From NCBI GenBank assembly GCA_964604155.1, contig CAZRXY010000101.1, positions 307 to 64,306 on the forward strand: a DNA stretch of 64,000 nucleotides. Reading direction: 5' to 3'. The translations under genes and the position numbers were made by a program. This DNA is from an uncultured Candidatus Cloacimonadota bacterium (lineage in GTDB: Bacteria; Cloacimonadota; Cloacimonadia; Cloacimonadales; TCS61). The notes below the pieces were generated by a model, which had not been told where the DNA came from, made no database searches, and saw nothing but the letters and a program-made list of their open reading frames with translations. Shown here piece by piece: positions 37,416 to 46,342 of this stretch (position 1 is its first letter; each line of letters begins with the position of its first letter).

Positions 37416-37820
37416 ATGATAAAAGGGTTAATTATGAATAGAACTATGTTATTTATGCTGGTAATCGGAGTATTGATTTTTGCCGGCTGCCGCGAGACAG
37501 ATGAAAATCGGGAGTACTATCTTAGAGGCTTGCGTGCAGAGCAGAATATGCAATATGAAGATGCTATCACTCATTATGCCAAGGCACTCACCTTTGATCT
37601 TCAGGATGAATTAACCTGGCATGCCAAGGGCAGGTGTCATCTGTTACTGGCGATGTCCAGTTATTTTCTATTTGAAGAAAGTGAGAATCGAAATTTGCAG
37701 ATCGAAGGTAACCTAAGCAAAGCGGGAGATTGTTTTCGCCGGGCTGAGCAATGGGGCTACACTACCTCAATAAAGACGGATACTCTGTTCATCAAGCTTC
37801 AGGAAAAGTTCAGCAATTGA
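37416..37820 (+). CDS. Small lipoprotein with TPR-like helix pairs
   Basis: Lipobox LIFAGCRE. YYLRGLRAEQNMQYEDAITHYAKALTFD resembles one TPR unit. Confidence 0.45.
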   Translation: MIKGLIMNRTMLFMLVIGVLIFAGCRETDENREYYLRGLRAEQNMQYEDAITHYAKALTFDLQDELTWHAKGRCHLLLAMSSYFLFEESENRNLQIEGNLSKAGDCFRRAEQWGYTTSIKTDTLFIKLQEKFSN

Positions 37821-37863
37821 AGATAAAAATTCCAGCAAAGGAATTCTCAGGGAAGAAATTCTT

Positions 37864-38370
37864 ATGATTCATTTATACACGGGTAACGGCAAGGGAAAGA
37901 CCACCAGTGCAATGGGGCTTATTTTACGTGCGCTGGGGCATAAAAAGCAGGTATGCCTGATCCAGTTTATGAAAGGGGACTGGCAATATGGAGAGATACA
38001 GAGCCTTCAGAAACTGGAGGGAATTGATATCTTTAAATATGGCACAACGGAATTTGTGGATGCAAAATCCCCGGGCAAAATAGATATCAGTGAAGCAGCA
38101 GCCGGCTGGCGGAAAGCTGTGGAAGTGATCAAATCCGGGAGATATCAATTAGTGGTTCTTGATGAGATAAATGTAGCCGTGTATATGGGGCTTCTAAATT
38201 TATCGGAACAACTGGATTTAATGGGAATGGCTGCAGATTGTGAACTGGTGATGACTGGCAGATATGCGGCATTAGAAGTGATAGAACGGGCGGACCTGGT
38301 TACTGAGATGCGGCAGATAAAGCATTATTATGATAAGGGGATAACCAGTCGCGAAGGCATAGAATATTAA
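37864..38370 (+). CDS. cobO: Cob(I)yrinic acid a,c-diamide / cob(I)alamin adenosyltransferase (CobA/CobO/BtuR family)
   Basis: IHLYTGNGKGKTTSAMGLILRALGH..VCLIQFMKG, VVLDEINVA and KHYYDKGITSREGIEY are characteristic of the family. Confidence 0.85.
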   Translation: MIHLYTGNGKGKTTSAMGLILRALGHKKQVCLIQFMKGDWQYGEIQSLQKLEGIDIFKYGTTEFVDAKSPGKIDISEAAAGWRKAVEVIKSGRYQLVVLDEINVAVYMGLLNLSEQLDLMGMAADCELVMTGRYAALEVIERADLVTEMRQIKHYYDKGITSREGIEY

Positions 38371-39398
38371 TGCTCGCTCAGAGATTTATCCAGCGGCACC
38401 TGCATAATATCACACCAGTCTCACTTCTGCTGTACCCCTTTTCATTAATCTGGGGATTGATACAAAAGGTTCGCCGTACGTGGTGGCGTTATCATCCGGG
38501 TGAGAGAGCAGAAGTAAGGGTGATATCTGTGGGCAATATCACAGCGGGAGGCAGTGGGAAAACCCCATTTACAATATATCTGGCAGAATATCTACGGGCA
38601 AAAGGCAAACGGATTGCAGTTTCTCACAGGGGGTATAAAGGAGATTATGAGAATGAGGCGAGGATCATAAGCACACGGGAAGTGATTTTGCCGGAAGCTG
38701 CCAGTGCAGGAGATGAAGCCCGGCTTCTGGCAGAGAGTCTGCAGGGTATTCCGGTGTGTACCGGTAAAAAACGGGTACGGGCGATAGAGCTCTTAATGAA
38801 GTGCTATCCCGATCTGGAGATTGTTATTCTGGATGACAGCTATCAGCATTTCAAGGTGGTGCATGATATAGATATTGTGATTTTTAAATTACCAGCCCCC
38901 ATAGGCAACGGGTTTTTGCATCCTGCCGGTATTTTGCGAGAGCCGCTGTCTGCTTTGAAGGACGCAGATTTGATTATAATTAACGGCAGAGGTGAGATAC
39001 CGGATTTTTTGCACAAGTATCACGATAAAATCTGTCAGGGCGAATATGTGCTGGAAGATTTTTTTCTGAATGGCGCGGAAGTGATTAAGCTAAGCACCCT
39101 GCAATCAGCGAAAATTGGTTTGATTTCAGGCATAGCTAATCCTGCGGGACTGGAAGACACACTCAGCAGTCTGGGGTTTATCTGGGAATTTCATTGTAAA
39201 TTTCCCGATCACTACCATTATAAGCGAAAGCAGGACGTATCGGCTATAGAAAAGGAGATTGCTATCCATCAGGTAGAATATCTGGTGACTACTGAAAAGG
39301 ATTATACAAAGCTGAAAGATATGAAGATATCTATACCCGTAGCTGTGATAAAGATAAGATTTAACCTTGTTAGCGGGAGATTATCGGATATTGTGTGA
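38370..39398 (+). CDS. lpxK: Tetraacyldisaccharide 4'-kinase (lipid A biosynthesis)
   Basis: P-loop VISVGNITAGGSGKTP, SHRGYKG and ILDDSYQH. The start overlaps the cobO stop (taATG). Confidence 0.85.
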   Translation: MLAQRFIQRHLHNITPVSLLLYPFSLIWGLIQKVRRTWWRYHPGERAEVRVISVGNITAGGSGKTPFTIYLAEYLRAKGKRIAVSHRGYKGDYENEARIISTREVILPEAASAGDEARLLAESLQGIPVCTGKKRVRAIELLMKCYPDLEIVILDDSYQHFKVVHDIDIVIFKLPAPIGNGFLHPAGILREPLSALKDADLIIINGRGEIPDFLHKYHDKICQGEYVLEDFFLNGAEVIKLSTLQSAKIGLISGIANPAGLEDTLSSLGFIWEFHCKFPDHYHYKRKQDVSAIEKEIAIHQVEYLVTTEKDYTKLKDMKISIPVAVIKIRFNLVSGRLSDIV

Positions 39399-39429
39399 TA
39401 TATCATCGGTTAGAAGCTTATCGGAAAAT

Positions 39430-42141
39430 TTAGTGGGCTTCAAACCAGTTTGAGCCACTCTCGATTTCAATTTTTAGCGGAACGATGCCTTGGAATTCCT
39501 GAGGCAATGCAGATTCCATAACTTCTTTGATCAATTTTTTGGCATCGTCAAGAGCTTCATCTTTTATCTCAAAAACCAGCTCATCATGAACCTGGATCAG
39601 CATTTTGATATCAGGTTTATCCGCCAGCAATTTATGAAGTCTGTTCATGGCAATTTTGATGATGTCGGCAGCGCTGCCCTGCACGGGCATATTAACGGCG
39701 ATTCTTTGAGCAGCCTCCCTGAATTGACGATTTTTACTGACAATATCAGGAAGATCAAGCTTTCTGCCCAGTATTGTCTCAACGTAACCTTTTTGGGCGG
39801 CAGTTTCCAGGTGATCATCTATAAATTTACGCACGCTGGGGAAGTTCTGAAAATAGTCGTCGATAAATTTTTGTGCTTCCTTGCGAGAGATAGAGAGTTC
39901 ATTTGAGATGCGAAAGGCACCCATACCGTAGAGCAAGCCAAAATTGATCACTTTGGCATAACGCCTCTGGTCTTTGGTAACTTCGCCTTCCGGTATTTTA
40001 TAGATAAGGCTGGCGGTTTTCCTGTGAATATCTTTATCAGCTTTAAAGGTATTGATCAGAGTTTCATCTTTGGTAAGAATAGCAAAAACACGTAATTCTA
40101 TCTGGGAATAATCTGCAGAAACTATAGACCAGCCATCGTATTGGGGACAAAAAGCCTTGCGTACTTCTTTGCCGAGTTTTGTACGGATAGGAATATTCTG
40201 CAGATTAGGATTGGACGAGGAGAGCCTGCCAGTGGAGGCAATAGTCTGATTAAAAGATGAGTGTATTCTGCCGGTGCGGGGATTAATGAGGACGGGCAGG
40301 GCATCTATATATGTGCTCAGAAGCTTATTTAAGAGGCGGTAATCCAGAACAAGCCGGGCAATTTCATGATCGGGTGCCAGTTTTTCCAGCACACTTTGAT
40401 CGGTAGAATAGCCGGTTTTAGTCTTTTTTACCGGAGGGATATTTAGTTTTTCAAAGAGGATATTTCCGAGTTGCTGGGTGGAATTAAGATTAAATTGCAC
40501 TCCGGCGATATTATATATATCAATATTAATCTTTCCAATGGTTTGCTGCACCTGCTTAGAGAGTTTTCGCAGGAAAGATTTATCAAGGAATACACCCTGG
40601 CGTTCCATTTCTGCTAAGGTAAAAATGAGAGGGGTTTCCACTTCATAAAGCAGTTCTATCAAGCCGTTTTTTGCTAATTCACTATTTAAATAATCATAGA
40701 GCCTGCAGGTGATCCAGGCATCCTCTGCCGAGTATCGGCAGGCAGAAGCGGTATTCACCAGATCAAAGGTGATCTGTTTTTTCCCTTTACCTATAAGGTC
40801 GCTGATAGGTATCATAGTGTGATTATAATATTTCTTGGCACAGTGATCAAGGCTGTGCCTTTCTGTGGGTTGCAGCAGATAATCTGCGATCATGGTGTCA
40901 AATACGGAATTATCGAGTTGCCAGCCGGCTTCAGTGAGCACCAGATAGTCATACTTATAGTTATGAGCAATCAGTAATTTTCCCTTAAGAGCTTTTTGCA
41001 ATTCGTTTTTCACCAGATCGTGATTAAGATTGTCAGCCATTTGGTGTGCGAGAGGCAGATAGTATGCCTTATCAGTAGCATAGCAGAGAGAAATCCCAAC
41101 CAGTTCTGCCAGAAGCGGGTCAGTTGAGGTGGTTTCTGTATCAATTGCCAGATATTCAGCGTTTTTAAAATCAGACAGTAATTGATAAAAATCTGCTGTA
41201 TTATCGATTAAAATAGCAGAAAACGGTGCTTTTTCGCCGTTATTATCCTCCTCCTCATCTATGAAACTAAAAATATCCTGTTCTTCCTGAGGCTTTATTC
41301 TATTGATCAGTGTCCGCAATTCGTATTTTCCCAGAAGTTTGATAGTATTTTGAAGATTAGCGGCAGAAAATTTCAGATTGTTTAATTCAATATCAAGAGG
41401 CAGGTCACGAACAATTTCTGCGAGTCTACGGGAGAGATAAGCCTCGTTTTTATGCTCTGCGAGCTTCTTTTGGGTGCTCGCGGAGCTGATATCTGCAAGA
41501 TGCTTATAGATATTATCCAGGCTGCCATAATCATTTAGTAATTTCTCAGCGCCCTTGGGGCCCAGCCCTTTCACGCCCGGGATATTATCCGCACTGTCTC
41601 CACAGATAGCCAGGTAATCTATAAATTGCTCAGGAGTGATGCCATACTTCTCTATCACTTTATCGCGGTCGGTCACAATTTCCTTTTTGGGATCATAAAG
41701 TACTACGCTGTCATCCACGATCTGACAGAAATCTTTGTCACCGGTTACTATCACTATATCAAGAATATTTTTAAATTTCAGGGCAGCGGAGACTAATACG
41801 TCATCAGCCTCAAATCCGGGTATACTGATTTCATGTACACCAGCCAGCTCAAAGAACTGCCTGATAGGCTCAAGCTGATCTATCATTTCCGGCGGAGCAG
41901 GGGGGCGGTTCAATTTATAATTTTCATCCAGATCATGCCGGAAGGTTTTCTCCTTCTGGTCAAAGGAAATTAGAAGATATTCGGGATTATAACGTTGAAT
42001 AAATGAGAGGAACATGTTATAAGTGCCGAACATTGCGCTGGTATTTATCCCTTTTGTGGTATAGAGCGGATTGCGGATGAAGGCATAATATGCTCTATAA
42101 ATCAAAGCAGTGCCGTCTAAGAGAAAAAGCTTTTTCTTCAT
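39430..42141 (-). CDS. polA: DNA polymerase I
   Basis: 903 aa. 5'-nuclease N-terminus LFLLDGTALIYRAYYA..TGDKDFCQ. 3'-5' exo region IDTETTSTDP. Polymerase motifs DYSQIELRV, RRYAKVINFGLLYGMG and QVHDELVFE. Confidence 0.95.
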   Translation of the reverse strand: MKKKLFLLDGTALIYRAYYAFIRNPLYTTKGINTSAMFGTYNMFLSFIQRYNPEYLLISFDQKEKTFRHDLDENYKLNRPPAPPEMIDQLEPIRQFFELAGVHEISIPGFEADDVLVSAALKFKNILDIVIVTGDKDFCQIVDDSVVLYDPKKEIVTDRDKVIEKYGITPEQFIDYLAICGDSADNIPGVKGLGPKGAEKLLNDYGSLDNIYKHLADISSASTQKKLAEHKNEAYLSRRLAEIVRDLPLDIELNNLKFSAANLQNTIKLLGKYELRTLINRIKPQEEQDIFSFIDEEEDNNGEKAPFSAILIDNTADFYQLLSDFKNAEYLAIDTETTSTDPLLAELVGISLCYATDKAYYLPLAHQMADNLNHDLVKNELQKALKGKLLIAHNYKYDYLVLTEAGWQLDNSVFDTMIADYLLQPTERHSLDHCAKKYYNHTMIPISDLIGKGKKQITFDLVNTASACRYSAEDAWITCRLYDYLNSELAKNGLIELLYEVETPLIFTLAEMERQGVFLDKSFLRKLSKQVQQTIGKINIDIYNIAGVQFNLNSTQQLGNILFEKLNIPPVKKTKTGYSTDQSVLEKLAPDHEIARLVLDYRLLNKLLSTYIDALPVLINPRTGRIHSSFNQTIASTGRLSSSNPNLQNIPIRTKLGKEVRKAFCPQYDGWSIVSADYSQIELRVFAILTKDETLINTFKADKDIHRKTASLIYKIPEGEVTKDQRRYAKVINFGLLYGMGAFRISNELSISRKEAQKFIDDYFQNFPSVRKFIDDHLETAAQKGYVETILGRKLDLPDIVSKNRQFREAAQRIAVNMPVQGSAADIIKIAMNRLHKLLADKPDIKMLIQVHDELVFEIKDEALDDAKKLIKEVMESALPQEFQGIVPLKIEIESGSNWFEAH

Positions 42142-42240
42142 TATTGCTCCTTGACATTTGCTGCTTATCTTTAATTAGTTTTCATTTCTGTAAAGGAAAA
42201 ATCTTTTTTTCTTTACTTCCACAGCGGGTAATAAGATTCT

Positions 42241-43341
42241 TTGATCATGTTAATATTGATGGCAGGTATAATAATATCAGGGATATGTGCCCTGAAAACC
42301 GGCAGTGAGATATCGCTGGAAAATACGATCTCTCAGATGATTGTGATAGGATTTCATGGTGATGATCTGTCAAAAAATCCTGAATTCAAATCGGATTTAT
42401 GCCAGTATGGTGTGGGCGGAGTGATTTTATATAATCGCGATTCTCAACCTGAGAAGAGCAATATCACCTCGAAGGAACAGGTTCTCCACCTCACAGGGCA
42501 GATCCGGGCTTCTCGCAGCCTGCCGCCTTTGATAGCGGTGGATCAGGAGGGTGGTGACGTTGCCAGGCTTAAAGAAAAACATGGTTTCCAGACTATTATG
42601 TCTGCCCGTGAAATTGGCAGGCTTGATAATGAAGCTGAGTCTTTTCTCTGGGCGGAAGCTATTGCAAGTGATCTTTGTTCTGCAGGCATTGATCTTAATC
42701 TTGCTCCGGTTGTTGATCTTAGTATTAATCCGCAATCACCGGGTCTGGGTAAATCCGGCAGGTGCTTTTCTGATGATCCCTCGGTAGTAACGCAGCAGAC
42801 GAAAATCTTTTGCACGGTAATGAATTCGCACTGGATACACTGCTGCCTGAAACATTTTCCCGGGCACGGATCAGCGGTTACAGACAGTCACTTTTCTACC
42901 TCGGATATCACAGCTACCTGGAGGGATAAGGAACTATTACCCTATAAAGCGATGATAGCAGTGGGATATAGCGATCTCATCATGGTAAGCCACGTGCAAA
43001 ATGGATTTTTAGATAACGAACACCCGGCATCGCTTAGCAAAAAAGTGGTAGATGGTCTGCTGCGGGAAAGATTAGGCTGGCAGGGTGTGGTTATTACAGA
43101 TGATCTGCAAATGAAGGCTGTCAGCATCAAATATTCATTAAAGGAGCGGATAAGGCTGGCTATTCTGGCGGGTAATGATCTGCTACTTTTTGGAAATAGC
43201 GGTTTCAGCGAAAATATTGGTATCAGGCAAATTGTGGAAATCATAAAAAACCTGCTAACTGAAGGACAAATTTCCATTTCCTCTATCTGGCGTTCCCTTG
43301 AAAGAATACGGAGATTGAAAGCCAAATTTATTGACAACTGA
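42241..43341 (+). CDS. nagZ: GH3 beta-N-acetylhexosaminidase (NagZ-like)
   Basis: AVDQEGGDVARL, NLAPVVDL, KHFPGHG and VITDDLQMKA. The start codon is uncertain (TTG 42241 or ATG 42247). Confidence 0.8.
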   Translation: MIMLILMAGIIISGICALKTGSEISLENTISQMIVIGFHGDDLSKNPEFKSDLCQYGVGGVILYNRDSQPEKSNITSKEQVLHLTGQIRASRSLPPLIAVDQEGGDVARLKEKHGFQTIMSAREIGRLDNEAESFLWAEAIASDLCSAGIDLNLAPVVDLSINPQSPGLGKSGRCFSDDPSVVTQQTKIFCTVMNSHWIHCCLKHFPGHGSAVTDSHFSTSDITATWRDKELLPYKAMIAVGYSDLIMVSHVQNGFLDNEHPASLSKKVVDGLLRERLGWQGVVITDDLQMKAVSIKYSLKERIRLAILAGNDLLLFGNSGFSENIGIRQIVEIIKNLLTEGQISISSIWRSLERIRRLKAKFIDN

Positions 43342-43378
43342 CGGGCATACATCGTTTTTTACTGTCGAGAGAGGTAAT

Positions 43379-44311
43379 ATGTCAAAGAAAAGAGATTTTT
43401 ATCCATATTTATATCTTTTACCAGCGCTGCTGATCGTAGTAGTGTTTAGGCTGCTACCCATTGTGCTTTCATTTCTGGTGAGCTTTTTTGAATGGGATAT
43501 TAATGGAGCTGGAGATTTTATCGGGTTCAAGAATTATACCCGTCTTCTAACCGATGGCGGGTTTTGGCAATCCATGCTCAATACTTTCTATCTGGTAATC
43601 TTTGTCGTCCCGCTTAGCTTGTTTCTCTCTCTGATCTTTGCCAATTTCTTAAATAGTATCACAAAACTGCGAACCTTTTTCAGAACGGTTTATTATATTC
43701 CCACCGTAACATCCATGGTGGCAGTATCTATTGTCTGGAAAATAATTTTTAATCAGCAGAATGGATTAATGAACTATTTACTAAGTTTTGCAGGGATAGC
43801 TCCATTGGGCTGGCTGGCAGAGAGCCGGGGAATATTCCAATTGATATTTGGTGAAGGATTGCCTGCCTGGGCAGGAGGACCCTCGCTGGCTCTTTTTTCT
43901 ATAATTATACTGACAGTATGGAAGGGCCTGGGATATAATACAATAATCTATCTGGCAGGATTACAGAATATTCCGGAGACTTATTATGAGGCAGCATCTA
44001 TAGATGGAGCCAGCAAATTCACCAAATTCTTTAAGATCACTTTGCCGCTGGTTTCGCCTACTTCTTTTTATGTGCTCATGATGACTACAATCACCACCTT
44101 CCAGGTGTTCTCACAAATTTATCTGATGACAGGACCTCCGGTGGGTGGACCTCTTGGAACCACTAAAGTGATCGTATATTACCTCTTTGAGCAAGGTTTT
44201 GGTGAAAGCCAGAATCTCAGCTATGCCAGTGCAATAGCTCTGGTAGTATTCTTCATTATTCTCAGCCTCACGCTGTTTCAGCGGCGACTGGAAAAAAAGG
44301 TTCATTATTAA
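43379..44311 (+). CDS. Carbohydrate ABC transporter permease (MalF/UgpA-like)
   Basis: ATG at 43379 (MSKKRDFYPYLYLLPALL) preferred over the ORF-track start at 43331. EAA loop YEAASIDGASKFTKFFKITLPL. Confidence 0.85.
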   Translation: MSKKRDFYPYLYLLPALLIVVVFRLLPIVLSFLVSFFEWDINGAGDFIGFKNYTRLLTDGGFWQSMLNTFYLVIFVVPLSLFLSLIFANFLNSITKLRTFFRTVYYIPTVTSMVAVSIVWKIIFNQQNGLMNYLLSFAGIAPLGWLAESRGIFQLIFGEGLPAWAGGPSLALFSIIILTVWKGLGYNTIIYLAGLQNIPETYYEAASIDGASKFTKFFKITLPLVSPTSFYVLMMTTITTFQVFSQIYLMTGPPVGGPLGTTKVIVYYLFEQGFGESQNLSYASAIALVVFFIILSLTLFQRRLEKKVHY

Positions 44312-44323
44312 TTTGGGGTATAA

Positions 44324-45310
44324 ATGAAAGATAAAAAATTATTTACTTACCTGATTCTCTCGCTCTGCGGCATTTTTCTGATCATGCCTTTTGCCTGGAT
44401 GCTGTCAACCTCTCTGAAATCGCAAACAGAGATTAATAAAGGTAATAATGGCTTTATTCCCTATGTAGAGGCACATTATCTTGATACAGAAGCAGTAGAT
44501 GAACCGCTTAGATGCAAAATCCTGAAACCCGCCGATAATGACAGCCTCTGGGTGAATGTGTTTAGTGAAGACGGGGCTATCATTAGTTCTTACCTCAAAG
44601 TTGCTGCCTCTCAGGTAACTTATAAAAAAAGTATTAAATTCTTATTCTCAAACTTTCTGGAAGCCTGGAACAAAGTGCCATTCGGCAGATACTTTCTTAA
44701 TACTATTATTGTGAGCGGTTCCTGTGTTTTAGGTGTGATTTTTACGGGCTGTCTCGCTGCTTACGCCTTTGCTCGTATGAAATTCTGGGGAAAAGAATTA
44801 ATATTCTATCTCTTTATCTCGATGATGATGGTGCCGCAGCCGGTTTATATTATCCCTTCCTATATTCTGCTTCATAATCTCGGCTGGCTGGATACCTATT
44901 ATGCCCTCATTGTTCCCTGGCTGGCAAATATTTTCACAATATTTCTGCTCAGGCAGCAATTTAAATCACTGCCTCAAGAACTTTTCGATGCCGCCTCCAT
45001 CGATGGCTGCAGCAGATTTTCTGCCTTGTGGTATATTGTGCTGCCATTATCGAAAGGCGTTATCGCTACGGCAGCAATTTTTGCCTTTATCGGTTCATGG
45101 AACAGCTTTATGTGGCCGCTTGTAATGATAGACAGACCAGAGCTGAGAGTTCTCCAGGTGGGGCTTTCTTACTTCTCAGCAGAAGCCAGTTCACAAACTG
45201 CCCTGCTTATGGCTGCCTCCACTTTTAGTATCCTGCCACTTGTGCTGCTCTTCCTGGTTGCTCAAAAACAAATAATGGCATCATTTGTCTCCAGCGGGTT
45301 AAAAGGATAA
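44324..45310 (+). CDS. Carbohydrate ABC transporter permease (MalG/UgpE-like) with enlarged first periplasmic loop
   Basis: EAA loop LFDAASIDGCSRFSALWYIVLPL. About 80 aa lie between TM1 and TM2. Confidence 0.85.
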   Translation: MKDKKLFTYLILSLCGIFLIMPFAWMLSTSLKSQTEINKGNNGFIPYVEAHYLDTEAVDEPLRCKILKPADNDSLWVNVFSEDGAIISSYLKVAASQVTYKKSIKFLFSNFLEAWNKVPFGRYFLNTIIVSGSCVLGVIFTGCLAAYAFARMKFWGKELIFYLFISMMMVPQPVYIIPSYILLHNLGWLDTYYALIVPWLANIFTIFLLRQQFKSLPQELFDAASIDGCSRFSALWYIVLPLSKGVIATAAIFAFIGSWNSFMWPLVMIDRPELRVLQVGLSYFSAEASSQTALLMAASTFSILPLVLLFLVAQKQIMASFVSSGLKG

Positions 45311-45370
45311 TTTTCTTGACTTTTTTGCCTCTTATGGATTTATAAATCACAAAAATGATGGATTGAGATT

Positions 45371-45775
45371 ATGATAAATATCAGTTATATAAAATATTTT
45401 GTTTGCCTCCTGGTTCTGGTGGCGGCTACTGGGGTGCTTTGCCATGAACCCACAGATATGGATGTTAAATACAGCGCCATTAGCGGAAATCTTACAATAA
45501 CGATATATCATAAAGTGAATTCTACTTCGATCCATTATATAAACCTAATTGAGATTTACCTGAACAGAAAGGGTATAGAGATGCAAGACAAGCTGATCAT
45601 ATCACAAAAATTCTTCAGCCAGCCCATTAGAAATGAACAAAGGGCTCATTATCTTATAAAAGACCTGAATCCCGGGGATGTTATAAAAATAAATGCCTAT
45701 TGTAACCTGTTCGGGCAGATAGAAAAAACCCTGCAAATCAGTGACGAAAACTGGCAGGAAGATACTGAATACTAA
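45371..45775 (+). CDS. Exported superoxide-reductase (desulfoferrodoxin/neelaredoxin)-fold protein with altered metal-ligand set
   Basis: N-terminal hydrophobic signal/anchor YFVCLLVLVAATGVL. Collinear by eye with SOR center II: CHEP versus KHVP, YHKVNSTSIHYINLIEIYL versus PHP..EHHIRYIELYF, and LNPGDVIKINAYCNLFG versus LKPGD...EYCNLHG. Confidence 0.5.
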   Translation: MINISYIKYFVCLLVLVAATGVLCHEPTDMDVKYSAISGNLTITIYHKVNSTSIHYINLIEIYLNRKGIEMQDKLIISQKFFSQPIRNEQRAHYLIKDLNPGDVIKINAYCNLFGQIEKTLQISDENWQEDTEY

Positions 45776-45897
45776 TCAACCCGCTCCAAATTTATCACTA
45801 TTCATAAAAACTTTTTATTGTGAAAATGAACTTTGTTTACAGTTATGTACCTTTAGTGAACTGTCTATTTCGTTTACTGGTCTGTCACTGTGTTGTC

Positions 45898-45938
45898 ATA
45901 AAAAAGGGTGGACCTGCCTGAGGGAGGTAGGCAGGTCC
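45898..45938 (-). terminator. Rho-independent terminator (minus strand)
   Basis: Minus strand reads GGACCTGCCT-acctccctc-AGGCAGGTCC-accc-TTTTTTat. 10-bp stem at 45910-45919 / 45929-45938 and a T6 tract. It sits ~400 nt downstream of the ECF-like gene stop. Confidence 0.75.
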
Positions 45939-46342
45939 TTGGGTGTATGAGGAGGGGTTTTTAAAAAAAACTATTTATAATTGCCGCAGCTTTGGCATTG
46001 CTGATCTGGCTGCAGCCCTTTATGTCCTTTACACTAAGTGCTAATTTCAGTTCCCCGCTGATTACTGAAGAACTTTGCCGGCAGGCTGATCTTAAGTCCG
46101 CTGTCAACAAAGCTAACACTTTTTACTTCCACACTATTCTTTATCTATATACTAATGCACATAGTGTTCCACACTGATAAATATCTATATTTTTTATGAA
46201 ATATTATTTACCAGACAGAGATATTCTGCAAACAATGCGATATCAGGCATTAATAACAATCTAAATAGTAATTAATTAACAGTTATAAAAGAAAAGTATG
46301 TTGTAAGGTAATTGTATAAAAAAAGGGAGTTGCAGAGATCAA

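Noticed and set aside
42142-42240. Sigma-70-type promoter calls from TTGACA hexamers (42151, also 11399, 45316 and the minus strand near 47410).
   Set aside because: Each has a good -35 hexamer but no convincing -10 at 16-18 bp spacing. The promoter consensus for this lineage is unknown, so these were not reported as features.
45947-46177. In-frame TAA inside a signal-peptide-like small ORF as evidence for stop-codon reassignment or readthrough.
   Set aside because: TAA terminates several well-supported genes in this window (for example at 5831-5833 and 10382-10384), so there is no genome-wide recoding. With one instance in a weak ORF, a decayed gene or chance is more likely.
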